Positions 19,977 to 31,216 of a DNA stretch of 64,000 bases are shown one piece after another. The stretch is taken from positions 11,286 to 75,285 of the forward strand of contig JAVKIP010000016.1 in NCBI GenBank assembly GCA_031459385.1, given 5' to 3'. The stretch comes from Candidatus Fervidifonticultor secundus (GTDB taxonomy: Bacteria; Sysuimicrobiota; Sysuimicrobiia; Sysuimicrobiales; Humicultoraceae). Position numbers and translations under genes: made by a program. The notes under the pieces were generated by a model. It saw only the letters and a list, made by a program, of their open reading frames with translations. It made no database searches and was not told the DNA's origin. Numbering within the stretch: the stretch's first letter is position 1; each line of letters starts with the position of its first letter.

Positions 19977-20999
19977 GTGACGAGCTTCTGGTGGTTCGTC
20001 GCACGCCGGGTGCTCGTCACCCTCCCCCTCCTGGTGCTGGTCACGCTGCTGGGGTTCGTCCTCACGTACTTGATCCCGGCCGATCCCCTGGCGATGGTGC
20101 TCTCGGAGCGGGCCATGGCGAACCCCGAGATCGTCCGCGCATACCGCGAGCGCTGGGGCCTGGACCAGCCGCCGCACCTGCGGTACCTGACCTACGTCGG
20201 CAACCTGCTGCGAGGCGACCTGGGCACCTCGATCGCTACCCAGCAGCCGGTGCTCAGTGACCTCAAGGCGTTCGTCCCCGCGACGGTCGAGCTCGCGCTG
20301 GCCGCCCTGTGCGTGGCCGTCGCCGTCGGATTGCCGCTCGGAGTGATGGCCGCGGTGCGCCGCGACCGCGCTGCCGACCATCTGGCGCGCGTCGGCTCGC
20401 TGGTGGGCGTCTCGATGCCGGTCTTCTGGCTGGGCCTGCTGGCGCTGGCGGTCTTCTACTACCGGCTGCAGGTGGCGCCCGGCCCCGGCCGGCTGGATGC
20501 CCAGATCGTCCCGCCGGAGCCGCTCACGGGGCTGCTGATCGTGGACAGCCTGGTGCGCGGGCGGTGGGACGCCCTGGCGGACGCGCTGTCCCATCTCGCG
20601 CTCCCGGCGCTGGTGCTGGGCGCGTACGTCATGGGCACGATCACGCGCGTGACCCGCTCCAGCGTGCTCGAGGTGCTGGCGCAGGACTACGTCCGCACCG
20701 CGCGCGCCAAGGGGCTGGCCGAACGGGTGGTCATCGGCCGGCACGCGCTCCGCAACGCGCTGATCCCCACCGTCACCGTCGTCGGTCTGGCCTTCGGCAA
20801 CCTGATGGCCGGAGCGGTGATGACCGAGACGATCTTCGCCTGGCCGGGGATCGGCCGCTACGCGGTCGAGGCCGCCAGCAAGCTCGACTTCCCGGCCATC
20901 ATGGGCGTGACGCTGTTCGTGGCGGTCGTCTACGTGGGCGTGAACTTCCTGGTCGATCTCACCTACGGGTTGCTGGACCCGCGCATCCGGCTCGGTTAG
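19977..20999 (+). CDS. ABC permease DppB/OppB-like
   Basis: GDLGTS, DYVRTARAKGL, HALRNALIP, ETIFAWPGIG, LDPRIR. Confidence 0.93.
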   Translation: MTSFWWFVARRVLVTLPLLVLVTLLGFVLTYLIPADPLAMVLSERAMANPEIVRAYRERWGLDQPPHLRYLTYVGNLLRGDLGTSIATQQPVLSDLKAFVPATVELALAALCVAVAVGLPLGVMAAVRRDRAADHLARVGSLVGVSMPVFWLGLLALAVFYYRLQVAPGPGRLDAQIVPPEPLTGLLIVDSLVRGRWDALADALSHLALPALVLGAYVMGTITRVTRSSVLEVLAQDYVRTARAKGLAERVVIGRHALRNALIPTVTVVGLAFGNLMAGAVMTETIFAWPGIGRYAVEAASKLDFPAIMGVTLFVAVVYVGVNFLVDLTYGLLDPRIRLG

Positions 21000-21001
21000 G
21001 C

Positions 21002-21826
21002 GTGGGGCGGGAGCTGCGGCGCAGCCGCGCGGCGGTGCTGGGCCTGGCGGTGGTGGGGCTGTGGGCGCTGGCAGCGATACTGGCGCCCTGGCTGGCGCCG
21101 CACTCCCCGACCGAGCAGCACCTGGCCGACCGCCTCTCACCGCCGTCGGCGCGCTACCCGCTGGGGACCGACGAGCTGGGGCGCGACGTGCTGAGCCGGG
21201 TGCTCTACGGTGCGCGCCTGTCGGTGCCCACGGCGCTGGGCGTCGTGGCGCTCACGGCACTGCTGGGGACGGTGCTGGGAGCCGTGAGCGGTTTCGCCGG
21301 CGGGCTCGTGGACGAGACGCTCATGCGGGTGAGCGACGCCGTGCTGGCCTTCCCCTCGCTGATCCTTGCCATGGCCATCACGGCGGCGCTGGGGCCCGGA
21401 CTGCGCAACGCGCTGCTGGCCATGGTCCTGGTGCTGTGGCCCGAGTACGCCCGCATCGTCCGTGGACAGGTGCTCAGCATCCGCGAGATGGAGTACGTCG
21501 TCGCCGCCCGCGCGCTGGGCGCGCGGGATGGGCGCATCCTCCGCCGGCACGTCGCGCCCAACATCGCCTCCCTGGCCCTGGTGAAGGCCAGTCTCGACGT
21601 CGGCAACGTGATGATCATCGCCGCGGCGTTGTCGTTCGTGGGGCTGGGCGCCACCCCGCCCGCGCCCGAGTGGGGCGCGATGGTGGCCGCCGGCCGGCAG
21701 AAGTTCTTCGAGTGGTGGGTGGGCACGTTCCCGGGGCTGGCGATCTTCACCGCCGTGATGGGTTTCAACTTCCTGGGTGACGGCCTGCGCGATGTGATGG
21801 ACGCCCGGCTACGCGGCGTGCGCTGA
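21002..21826 (+). CDS. ABC permease DppC/OppC-like
   Basis: LGTDELGRDVLSR, EYVVAARALGA, LSFVGLG..PPAPEWG, GDGLRD. Confidence 0.92.
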   Translation: MGRELRRSRAAVLGLAVVGLWALAAILAPWLAPHSPTEQHLADRLSPPSARYPLGTDELGRDVLSRVLYGARLSVPTALGVVALTALLGTVLGAVSGFAGGLVDETLMRVSDAVLAFPSLILAMAITAALGPGLRNALLAMVLVLWPEYARIVRGQVLSIREMEYVVAARALGARDGRILRRHVAPNIASLALVKASLDVGNVMIIAAALSFVGLGATPPAPEWGAMVAAGRQKFFEWWVGTFPGLAIFTAVMGFNFLGDGLRDVMDARLRGVR

Positions 21827-21874
21827 GGTGGTAGGCTGTCATGGTGTGTGCACACTGAGGAAGAGGAGGCTGCG

Positions 21875-22390
21875 ATGGATCCCGTCCGCATCTACGACTA
21901 CCTGACCCAGGCGCGGGCCCGGCTCTTCGCCTGGGTGCGCCCGCTGGGCCAGGAGCAGTACACGCGCGAGTTCCCGTTCGGGATGAAGACGCTGCGCGCC
22001 ACGCTGGTGGAGATGGCCAGGGGCGAGTGGGCGTACGCGCACCGCCTGGCCGGCGAGGCGCTGCCGCCGGCCGACCAGTGGCCGGTGCGGGAGGACCGGC
22101 TGCCGGCGTTCGCTGACCTCGAGCGCTTCTGGGCCGAGATGGCCCCGCGCACCCGCGCGCTGCTGGCGGGCATCGGTGACTGGCAGACTGAGGTCACCTA
22201 TCGGCTCGCGCGGCCGGGCCAGCCGGCGGTGTGGATCACGGCCACCAAGACCGACCTCGCGACGCAGCTGATCCTCCACGAGGTGCACCATCGGGCGCAA
22301 GCCATGGCCATGCTGCGCCAGCTCGGGGTCGCCGCGCAGAACCTCGACTACTCGGCCCTGATGTTCCGCCGCCGGGAGGAGTCGGCATGA
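21875..22390 (+). CDS. DinB-family protein
   Basis: HEVHHRAQ metal-binding motif, TLRATLVEM; GAGGAGG RBS. Confidence 0.85.
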   Translation: MDPVRIYDYLTQARARLFAWVRPLGQEQYTREFPFGMKTLRATLVEMARGEWAYAHRLAGEALPPADQWPVREDRLPAFADLERFWAEMAPRTRALLAGIGDWQTEVTYRLARPGQPAVWITATKTDLATQLILHEVHHRAQAMAMLRQLGVAAQNLDYSALMFRRREESA

Positions 22391-24171
22391 GCGCACGGGG
22401 TGCCTGCGTCTGCCGGTGCGGGTGAGCCGTCCGGTGCGGACGCGCCGAGCGGAGCCGCTGAGCCTCCTGGGGCGGACGAGCCGGCCGGAGCCGGTGAGCC
22501 TCCCGGGGCGGACGCGCCGAGCGAGGCGTAGGCGGCCGCTCCTGCCGGGGTCACGTACCCCTCTTGGAGGTCGCGCGCCAGATCTTCGGGACGCCGCCGG
22601 GCAGGGTCGCCGTAGCCGCTGCCGCCGGAGGTCTCCAGGACGATCTCCTGTGCGGGCGCGCGCAGCTCCACCAGCTCGCTCCACTGGGGCTCGGCGACGA
22701 CGTGACTTCCTTCCATGATGCGAACCCGCGCACGCTGCCCGGGCTGGCCGCCGTACAGCCCGGGCTGGCTGACGCGGGCGCCGATGGGGTGCACGTCCAC
22801 CCAGACCGGCAGCCCATCGTCGTGGAGCTTGCGCAGCCGCAGCCGCTGCCCCAGGCCGCCGCGGTGCGCGCCCGGCCCGCCCGAGTCGGGGATCAGCTCC
22901 TTGGCCAGGACGACGAGGGGCGTCCGCTGCTCGAACATCTCCACCGAGACGGTGCCGGCGGAGGTAGGGTACAGCAGTGCCGACCTCCCGTCGCCGTGGG
23001 CGCTGGCGCCCTGGCCACCGCCCAGGAGGATGTGGGCGTTGAACGTGCGCCCGTCGGCGTCGTGGCCATAGGCGCCCGCGTAGGATGGCAGGCCCGTGAA
23101 CGCCTGGACCGCCTGCGGCAGGACCGGTGCCAGCGCCCGGAAGATCGCCGGGCCGCAGAACCAGCCGGTCATCGTGCGCTGGTTGACCGCGGCCGGGCGC
23201 CGGCAGTTGAGGAGGCTGCCCTCCGGTGCCCGCACGTGCAGCGGCCGGTAGCAGCCGGCGTTGGAGGGGATCGCCGGCGTCAGGATCGACTTCAGCGCGT
23301 AGACGGTGTGCGCGGCGGTGTAGGTGTAGGTGCAGTTGACACCGCCGCGCGGAGACTGAGGGGGCGCACCGCTCCAGTCCACGGTGATCTCGTCGCCGGC
23401 GACCGTGACGGCGCAGGGCAGGTGCTGCGGCCCCTCGACGCCGTCGATGGTCACCTGGCTCCGGTACACGCCGTCGGGGACCGCGCGGATGGCAGCCCGC
23501 ATCGCCGCCTCGGCGCGGTCCTGCACCTCGCGGGCCAGTGGGGTCAGCCGGTCGAGCCCGTACTCGTCCATGAAGGCCCGCAGGCGCTCGGCGCCCACGT
23601 GGCACGACGACACCTGCGCCTGGATGTCGCCGAAGACCCCTTCGGGGCGCCGGACGTTGGCACAAAGGACGGCTGCCAGGTCCTGGTTCAGCCGCCCCGC
23701 CTCGTACAGCCGCAGCGGCGGGATCTGCAGGCCCTCCTCGTAGATGTCGCGCACGCGCTCCGGGTCCCGTGTGCCGCCGATGTCGGAGCAGTGGGCGATG
23801 TTGCCGACCAGGCCCACCAGCGTGCCGCGGTGGAAGACCGGCAGGACCACGGCCAGGTCGAACAGGTGCCCGGCGCAGATCCACGGGTCGTTCGTGATGA
23901 GCACGTCGCCCTCGCGCAGCGTCTCCGGCGGGATGTGCCGCAGCATCGCCTGGACCGCCAGGGGCAGCGTCAGGTTGAAGACGGGCATCGAGCGGGGTGA
24001 GTGGGCGATAGAGCGCGCCTCGGCGTCGAACAACTCACACCCGAAGTCCTGGGCCTCGCCGATGATCGTCGAGAAGGCGGTGCGCCAGATGGTCACCCAG
24101 CACTCCTCGGCGATGTTGATCAGCCGGCTCCACATGATCTCCAGCGTGATGGGGTCGAAGGGGGCGCTCAT
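22348..24171 (-). CDS. Hydantoinase B / oxoprolinase family subunit
   Basis: DPITLEI, AFSTII.E, NDPW..GHLFD, H.SDIGG, EEGLQIPP, DSGGPG.HRGG, GGSGYGDP. Confidence 0.92.
   Translation of the reverse strand: MSAPFDPITLEIMWSRLINIAEECWVTIWRTAFSTIIGEAQDFGCELFDAEARSIAHSPRSMPVFNLTLPLAVQAMLRHIPPETLREGDVLITNDPWICAGHLFDLAVVLPVFHRGTLVGLVGNIAHCSDIGGTRDPERVRDIYEEGLQIPPLRLYEAGRLNQDLAAVLCANVRRPEGVFGDIQAQVSSCHVGAERLRAFMDEYGLDRLTPLAREVQDRAEAAMRAAIRAVPDGVYRSQVTIDGVEGPQHLPCAVTVAGDEITVDWSGAPPQSPRGGVNCTYTYTAAHTVYALKSILTPAIPSNAGCYRPLHVRAPEGSLLNCRRPAAVNQRTMTGWFCGPAIFRALAPVLPQAVQAFTGLPSYAGAYGHDADGRTFNAHILLGGGQGASAHGDGRSALLYPTSAGTVSVEMFEQRTPLVVLAKELIPDSGGPGAHRGGLGQRLRLRKLHDDGLPVWVDVHPIGARVSQPGLYGGQPGQRARVRIMEGSHVVAEPQWSELVELRAPAQEIVLETSGGSGYGDPARRRPEDLARDLQEGYVTPAGAAAYASLGASAPGGSPAPAGSSAPGGSAAPLGASAPDGSPAPADAGTPCAHADSSRRRNIRAE
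22421..22528. repeat. Three imperfect tandem 36-bp units encoding a 12-aa Gly/Ala/Pro/Ser tail repeat of HyuB
   Basis: Units 22421-22456, 22457-22492 and 22493-22528 share TGAGCC...GCGGACG.GCCG..CG. Confidence 0.75.
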
Positions 24172-26255
24172 GCGTGGCCTCCGACGGCGATGAGCAGGTG
24201 TCCGTGGGGGTCAACGGTCAGGCGGTCGCCCGGCGCGACCACCGTGGTGGCCTCGCGCTCCTCGATGATCGCCGGCCCGGCGATGGCGGCGCCCGCGGGC
24301 AGGCGGTAGCGGTCGAAGACTGGCACCTCGACGAAGCCGCCGCGCTCGGGGAAGTACGCGCGGCGCACGCCCTTCCGCGGCTCGCCAGGGGTGGGCGTCC
24401 ATGCCGCCACCAGCGCGGCCTCGGGCCGGCTCCCGGTGACGAGCACGCGCCAGTTGAGGGCCTGCACGCGGTAGCCGTCTAGCGAGTGGCCGTACAGCGT
24501 GCGGTAGGACGCTACGAACTGGCGCTGGAGGTCTGCGGCCCCGCCGTCGGCTAGCGGGCCCGGGGGAAGCGGTACCGCGATGTCGTGGAACTGGCCCGCA
24601 AAGCGCATCTCGGCCCGTCGCTCGACGCGGACCCCTTCGGGGGCGACGCCGGCCTGGGCCAGCAGCGTCCGGCCGCGCGCCTCCAGGTCGGCGAGCAGCG
24701 CATCCACGGCGTGCCAGTCGAGGGCATCGAGCTCTCCGGGCAGTGAGCGGGCCACCTCCACGCTCGCCGGCGCCACCAGGAACCCGATGGCGGACGCCAC
24801 GCCAGGCGCCGGGGGGATGACGACCTCGCGCATGCCCAGGATGCGCGCCACGTGCGCCGCATGGGCGGGGCCGGCGCCCCCGAACGCCATCAGCGCGAAC
24901 CGGCGCGGGTCCTCGCCCCGCTCGATGAGGTGCACGCGGGCCGCCGCCGCCATGTTCTCGCAGGCGATGCTGTAGACGCCCCAGGCGGTCTGGACGGGGT
25001 CGAGGCCCAGTGGCGCGCCGGCGCGGGCCAGCGCCGCCTCGGCCGCGGCCGCGTCCAGAACCATCGCGCCGCCCAGGAAGTAGTGCGGGTCGAAGTACCC
25101 CAGCGCCAGGCACGCGTCGGTGACGGTAGCCTCGACGCCGCCGAAGCCGTAGCACGCCGGGCCGGGCACTGCGCCGGCGCTGTCGGGCCCGACCTTGAGC
25201 AGTCCCAGCGCATCGACGCGCGCGATGGAGCCGCCCCCCGCGCCGATCTCGATCATGTCCACCACCGGGATCGTGATGGGGATCCCCGAGCCGCGTCTGA
25301 ACCGGTGGACGCGTGCGACCTCCACGACGGGCCGCACGTCGGGCTGGCCGCCGCGCACCAGCGCGATCTTGGCCGTGGTGCCACCCATGTCGAACGCCAC
25401 CTGCGCCGGGCGTCCCGCACGCTCGCCGAAGAACGCCGCGACCAGTGCACCGCCTGCGGGCCCGGATTCCAGCAACCGGATCGGGTACCGGCGCGCGGCG
25501 TCCGGGGCGAGCAGGCCACCGGAGGACTGCATCAGGTAGAATCGCCCCCGAAAGCCGCGGGCGGCCGTTGCCTCGGCGAGCCGGTCCAGGTAGCCCGCGA
25601 CCAGCGGCTGGACGTAGGCGTTGGCTACCGTGGTACAGGTGCGCTCGTACTCGCGGATCTCGGGGGCGACCTCGCTGCTGATCGAGACGGCCAGGTCCGG
25701 GAACTCGGCCAGCAGGAGGTCGCGGGCCGCCTGCTCGTGGGCGGGGTTGCGGTAGGCGTGGAGGAAGACCACCGCCAGCGCCCGGACGCCCTGAGCGACC
25801 AGCGCGCGGGCCGCGGCGCGCACCTGCGCAGGGTCCAGGGGGCGCAGCACCGCGCCGTCGCGGCTGCACCGCTCGTCGACCTCCAGGCGCCAGCGGCGCG
25901 GGACCAGCGGCTCGGGGTAGCGCAGGAACAGGTCGTAGATGTCGTAGCGTTGCTCGCGGCCGATCTCCAGCACGTCGCGGAAGCCGCGGGTGCACACCAG
26001 CCCCGTGGGCGCGCCCCGGCGCTCGATGATGGCGTTGGTGACCAGCGTAGTGCCGTGCACCAGCAGGTCGACCCCCGCCAGCGGCACGCCGGCGCGCAGG
26101 CAGAGCTCGTCAAGCCCGCGCAGGGCGCCGGCAGCAGGGTCGTCGGGCGTGGTCAGGACCTTGTGGGTGGCGAGCCGGCCCGTGGCGGCGTCGTGGAGAG
26201 CGAGGTCGGTGAATGTCCCGCCGATGTCGAAGGCGATGCGGTAGCGCGTCGTCAT
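24168..26255 (-). CDS. Hydantoinase A / oxoprolinase family subunit
   Basis: DIGGTFTD, HGTTLVTNA, REYER, ESGPAGG, DMGGTT, IGAGGGS, GPDSAGAVPGPACYG. Confidence 0.95.
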   Translation of the reverse strand: MTTRYRIAFDIGGTFTDLALHDAATGRLATHKVLTTPDDPAAGALRGLDELCLRAGVPLAGVDLLVHGTTLVTNAIIERRGAPTGLVCTRGFRDVLEIGREQRYDIYDLFLRYPEPLVPRRWRLEVDERCSRDGAVLRPLDPAQVRAAARALVAQGVRALAVVFLHAYRNPAHEQAARDLLLAEFPDLAVSISSEVAPEIREYERTCTTVANAYVQPLVAGYLDRLAEATAARGFRGRFYLMQSSGGLLAPDAARRYPIRLLESGPAGGALVAAFFGERAGRPAQVAFDMGGTTAKIALVRGGQPDVRPVVEVARVHRFRRGSGIPITIPVVDMIEIGAGGGSIARVDALGLLKVGPDSAGAVPGPACYGFGGVEATVTDACLALGYFDPHYFLGGAMVLDAAAAEAALARAGAPLGLDPVQTAWGVYSIACENMAAAARVHLIERGEDPRRFALMAFGGAGPAHAAHVARILGMREVVIPPAPGVASAIGFLVAPASVEVARSLPGELDALDWHAVDALLADLEARGRTLLAQAGVAPEGVRVERRAEMRFAGQFHDIAVPLPPGPLADGGAADLQRQFVASYRTLYGHSLDGYRVQALNWRVLVTGSRPEAALVAAWTPTPGEPRKGVRRAYFPERGGFVEVPVFDRYRLPAGAAIAGPAIIEEREATTVVAPGDRLTVDPHGHLLIAVGGHA

Positions 26256-26294
26256 GCGTACACCGTGCCGCGACCGCCCGCGCCGGGCCGGCGG

Positions 26295-27149
26295 CTAGCG
26301 CGGCCCGCCCCAGTAGACGGACTCCAGCCCGACCAGCCGCTCGATGAGGATGATGATGACGACGCTCAGCACGATGCTCACGGTCGACACGGCCGCGGCG
26401 GCGGGGTCGAACGAGAACCGCAGGTAGTCGAAGAGCTGGATCGGCAGCGTCGTGTTCCCCACGCTGATGAGCAGCAGCGACACGGGAAACTGGTCGAATG
26501 ACGTGATGAACGCGAAGAGCGCCCCGGAGATCAGCCCGCCCTTGATCAGCGGCAGCGTGATGCGCCAGAACGTCACCAGCGGGCCCGCACCTAGCGACCG
26601 GGCGGCCTCTTCCAGGGACCGGTCGAACCCCACCAGCACCGTAGAGACGGTCAGGAAGACGTAGGGGAGCGCGACCAGCGTGTGGCCGATGAGCAGCGCG
26701 CGCATGCCGCGCGTGCCGAGCCCGGTGGCGTAGAAGAAGATCAGCAGGGCGATGCCCGTGAGGATCGCGGGGAACTGCAGCGGCGCCACCAGCAGCAGGC
26801 GCAGCAGGTCCCGCGCCCGCCGCGCATACCGCACGACGAACAACGCCGCCGTCGTCCCCAGCAACGTGCTGGCCAGCGTGGCCAGCACGGCCAGCCGCAG
26901 GCTGAACTCGAACGCCCGGACGAAGGGCCCGTGTTGCGCAGCCTTCACGAACCACCGCAGCGAGAGCCCCTCGGGCGGGAAGCGCAGGTAGTCGCCGGCG
27001 TTGAACGCTGCGATCACGACGATGGCGATCGGCGCCAGCAGGAAGGCGTAGACCAGCGCGACCACCAGCGGCAGCAGCCAGGCCCGGTGCGCCGGAAGGC
27101 GCGGGGCCCGCCGCGCCGCGGCGGCCGGCAGGGCTACGGTGTGGTCCAT
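26295..27149 (-). CDS. ABC permease PotC-like
   Basis: SLRWF, LEEAARSLGA EAA loop, FITSFD, TLPIQLF. Confidence 0.9.
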   Translation of the reverse strand: MDHTVALPAAAARRAPRLPAHRAWLLPLVVALVYAFLLAPIAIVVIAAFNAGDYLRFPPEGLSLRWFVKAAQHGPFVRAFEFSLRLAVLATLASTLLGTTAALFVVRYARRARDLLRLLLVAPLQFPAILTGIALLIFFYATGLGTRGMRALLIGHTLVALPYVFLTVSTVLVGFDRSLEEAARSLGAGPLVTFWRITLPLIKGGLISGALFAFITSFDQFPVSLLLISVGNTTLPIQLFDYLRFSFDPAAAAVSTVSIVLSVVIIILIERLVGLESVYWGGPR

Positions 27150-28033
27150 CGCAGCGTCCGGTTCATGAGCTTCACGTAGGCCCAGACCGCCAGCGCTGTG
27201 AGCCCGAACAGCACCATAGAGAGCGCCGACCCCAGGGGCCAGTTGAAGGCATCCAGCAGTTTCTGCACGATGATGATGGGCATGACCAGCACGTTGTTGC
27301 CGCCCAGGAGGATCGGGATCACGTAGGAGCTCACCGCCAGCACGTACACCAGCAGCGTGCCCGCGAAGACGCCCGGCAGCGACAGCGGCCAGGTCACCCG
27401 GCGGAACGTCGCCCACGGCGACGCGCCCAGCGAGCGGGCCGCCCGTTCGAGGTCGGGCGGGATGTTCTGCAGGGCGCCGGCGACAGACAGCGCCATGAAC
27501 GGCAGGTAGACGTGCACCAGGCCCACCACGATGCCGAAGACGTTGTACATCAACGGCAGCTCGGGCCCGCCCAGCCACCGCACCAGGGTGTTGACCAGCC
27601 CCACCCGTCCCAGGATGATCATCCAGCCGAAGCTCCGGATCACGACGCCGACCAGCAGCGGCGAGATCAGCAGCATCAGCAGCCACCCGCGACGCCGCGT
27701 CGGGGCCCGGGCGATGTAGTAGGCCACGGGGTAGCCGAGGACCAGGGTGATGGCGGTGGTGAGCAACGCGTACCAGAACGTGTTGAGCAAAATCCGCCAG
27801 TAGAACAGATCGCCCAGGGCCTGCGCGTAGTTGTCCAGCGTGAAGACCCGCAGGTACGGGCCATCGGGCGGCTTGAAGAGGAAGCTCATGTAGACCATGT
27901 TGGCGTAGGGCACCGCGAAGAACGCCAGCAGGAACACCAGCGTCGGGGCCATGAGCAGGCCGTTCCAGGCGCCGCGCCGCCGCGCCGCCTGCGGGAGCGG
28001 CGCCCGGGTGGTGGCAGACGCCGCGCGGGCCAC
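27134..28033 (-). CDS. ABC permease PotB-like
   Basis: TLDNY, GYPVAY, IRSFGW, LERAARSLGA, NWPLGSA; start approximate. Confidence 0.88.
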   Translation of the reverse strand: MARAASATTRAPLPQAARRRGAWNGLLMAPTLVFLLAFFAVPYANMVYMSFLFKPPDGPYLRVFTLDNYAQALGDLFYWRILLNTFWYALLTTAITLVLGYPVAYYIARAPTRRRGWLLMLLISPLLVGVVIRSFGWMIILGRVGLVNTLVRWLGGPELPLMYNVFGIVVGLVHVYLPFMALSVAGALQNIPPDLERAARSLGASPWATFRRVTWPLSLPGVFAGTLLVYVLAVSSYVIPILLGGNNVLVMPIIIVQKLLDAFNWPLGSALSMVLFGLTALAVWAYVKLMNRTLRWTTP

Positions 28034-28035
28034 GC

Positions 28036-29088
<1,053 letters not shown>

Positions 29089-29098
29089 CGGCGCGCTC

Positions 29099-30166
29099 CT
29101 AGCGGAGGATCTCCCGGTTCCAGCGCTCGATCATCCGCTCGCGGTTGCCGGCGTTGACCCAGTCCCAGTCCCACTTCATGATCTGCCGGATCTGGGCCTG
29201 GGTGTGGACGGGAATCGCCTGCGCCAGATCTCCCGTGATCTTCACCTTGCGGTTGGCGGGGGTCCAGAAGTACTGGCGCGCCCACTTCTCCTGCACCGGC
29301 ACCGACAGGAAGTAGTTCACCCAGGCGAAGGCCAGGTCCTTGACCTTCGAGCCGGCGGTGACGTTCGTGTCCTGCTCGAACATGAAGACGCCCTCCCGCG
29401 GGAAGACCCACTCGAGGGGCACGCCCTGCCGCTTCAACCGGGCGGCGGCCGGCGCGTCGAGGATGCCCACTGCGGCCTCGCCGCGCGTGAGGATGATCTC
29501 CATGTCGCCCGAGAAGTCGGTCTGGCGGAAGGGCTTGAGCTCCTGGATCTTCTGGAAGGCGACGTCCATGTTCTTGTCGTCGCCAGCGTAGATCCGCGAG
29601 ATGAGCATGAGGAACATGGGCGTGGCCGAGTTGGCGATGCTGTAGATGACCAGCTTGCCCTTGTACTCGGGCTTCCACAGGTCCTTCCAGCTCTTGGGCG
29701 GGCTCTGGATGACGTCGGTCCGGTAGGCGATGCCCAGTGGGCCGACCAGGGTGATGACGCCCACGTCGCCTTTGTAGCGCAGATCGGGCCAGACGTCGAC
29801 CAGGTTGGGGACTTTCTGCGGGGTCAGCGTTTCGAAGAAGCCCTCTTTGCGCACGGCCGAGACCCAGGTGGTGTTGGCGATCACCACGTCGTAGGGCGGG
29901 TTGCCCCGGCCGGCCGCGCGGAGCTTGGCCACCCAGTCGCGCGAGAGGCCCACGGCCAGCTCCACTTTCGCGCCGGTCTCCGCCTCGAAGCCGGGCACGA
30001 TCTCCTTGCGCATGAACTGCTCCCACGTGCCGCCGTAGCTGGTGACGATGAGCGTCTGGCCGGCGAAGCGCGGCTGGGCGGGCGCGGGCAGGGGGCCGCC
30101 GAGGAGCACCAGGGCTGCGAGCAGGGCCAGGACCGTTGCCGGTCCCCTGCGGGCTGCGAATCGCAT
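29099..30166 (-). CDS. ABC substrate-binding protein (PotD/polyamine-opine-like)
   Basis: Signal peptide, SYGG, FEAETGAKV, PKSWKDLW, PREG. Confidence 0.88.
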   Translation of the reverse strand: MRFAARRGPATVLALLAALVLLGGPLPAPAQPRFAGQTLIVTSYGGTWEQFMRKEIVPGFEAETGAKVELAVGLSRDWVAKLRAAGRGNPPYDVVIANTTWVSAVRKEGFFETLTPQKVPNLVDVWPDLRYKGDVGVITLVGPLGIAYRTDVIQSPPKSWKDLWKPEYKGKLVIYSIANSATPMFLMLISRIYAGDDKNMDVAFQKIQELKPFRQTDFSGDMEIILTRGEAAVGILDAPAAARLKRQGVPLEWVFPREGVFMFEQDTNVTAGSKVKDLAFAWVNYFLSVPVQEKWARQYFWTPANRKVKITGDLAQAIPVHTQAQIRQIMKWDWDWVNAGNRERMIERWNREILR

Positions 30167-30230
30167 GGTACGGGCCACCTCCTCCGGTACGGATGCGTGC
30201 TTCTTCATGCTATGCAAGCCAGCGGCGGGA

Positions 30231-31061
30231 TCACGAACGGACCGCCGGCGCGGCCGAGGCAGCCGCGACGGCCGCGTCCCACGGGCGATCGCCTGCGATG
30301 GCCCGGGCGATGCCAGCGGCGGCGACCTGCAGCGCGGCCACGACAGCACCCACGCGCTCCGGGCCCAGGCGCGACGCAGGACCGGCCACCGACAGGCCAC
30401 CGATCAGGAGGCCGTCGGCCAGGATCGGCACCCCCACGCCCGCGACGTCGGGCGTCAGTTCGCCGACACTGTAGGCGTACCCGCGCCGGCGCGTCGCCTC
30501 CAGTTCGGCTGCGAGCGCCGCCGGGTCGGTGAGCGTGTGGGACGTGACCTGCTCCAGCGGCCGCGCCAGGTAGGCCGCGACCTGCTCCGGCGGCAGGTAG
30601 GCCAGCATCGCGCGGTTCGACGCGCCGGCGTGCAGCGGCCAGGGCCTGCCGACCGGCAGCGTGAGCTTCAGCGGATGTCCGCTCTCCTCGACGTCGATGA
30701 CGATCGCCGAGGCGTCCTGGGCCACCAGGAGGAACGCCGATTCGCCTGTTTCGCGGGCCAGGCGCGCGAGGTACCCTCGCGCCACCGCGCGGAGGTCCAC
30801 GCTCCGCCGCGCGATGTCGCCCAGACGCGCCAGGCGCAGGCTCAGGCGGTACTCGCGGGCCCGGCGGTCGTAGACCAGCAGCCCGCCGCCCTCCAGGGAG
30901 GCCAGCAGGCGGTGGGCGGTGCTCCTGGGAAGCCGCAGCAGCGCGGCGACTTCCGGCAGCCCCACGGCCCGACGCCCGTCGTCGAACAGCCAGAGCAGTG
31001 AGAGGGCGCGCTCCACAGTCTTCAGCCGGCTGGTCTCGGCTCCGCGGCGTGGTCTCGGCAC
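30231..31061 (-). CDS. IclR-family transcriptional regulator
   Basis: VERALSLL...LPRSTAHRLL HTH, PLHAGAS, RRRGYA. Confidence 0.92.
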   Translation of the reverse strand: MPRPRRGAETSRLKTVERALSLLWLFDDGRRAVGLPEVAALLRLPRSTAHRLLASLEGGGLLVYDRRAREYRLSLRLARLGDIARRSVDLRAVARGYLARLARETGESAFLLVAQDASAIVIDVEESGHPLKLTLPVGRPWPLHAGASNRAMLAYLPPEQVAAYLARPLEQVTSHTLTDPAALAAELEATRRRGYAYSVGELTPDVAGVGVPILADGLLIGGLSVAGPASRLGPERVGAVVAALQVAAAGIARAIAGDRPWDAAVAAASAAPAVRS

Positions 31062-31216
31062 AGCCTATTCCTCATAGTGAGATACCGATCCCATTATATG
31101 CCGACAGTTCGCGTCAGCACAGAGGACTCCTCTCGCAGCCCGGCCTGCCCTTGCTCAGCAGGGAAGCGCCTCCGCGTGGCCAACCACATCAAATATCCTG
31201 CCTTGGGGGTGGTCCG

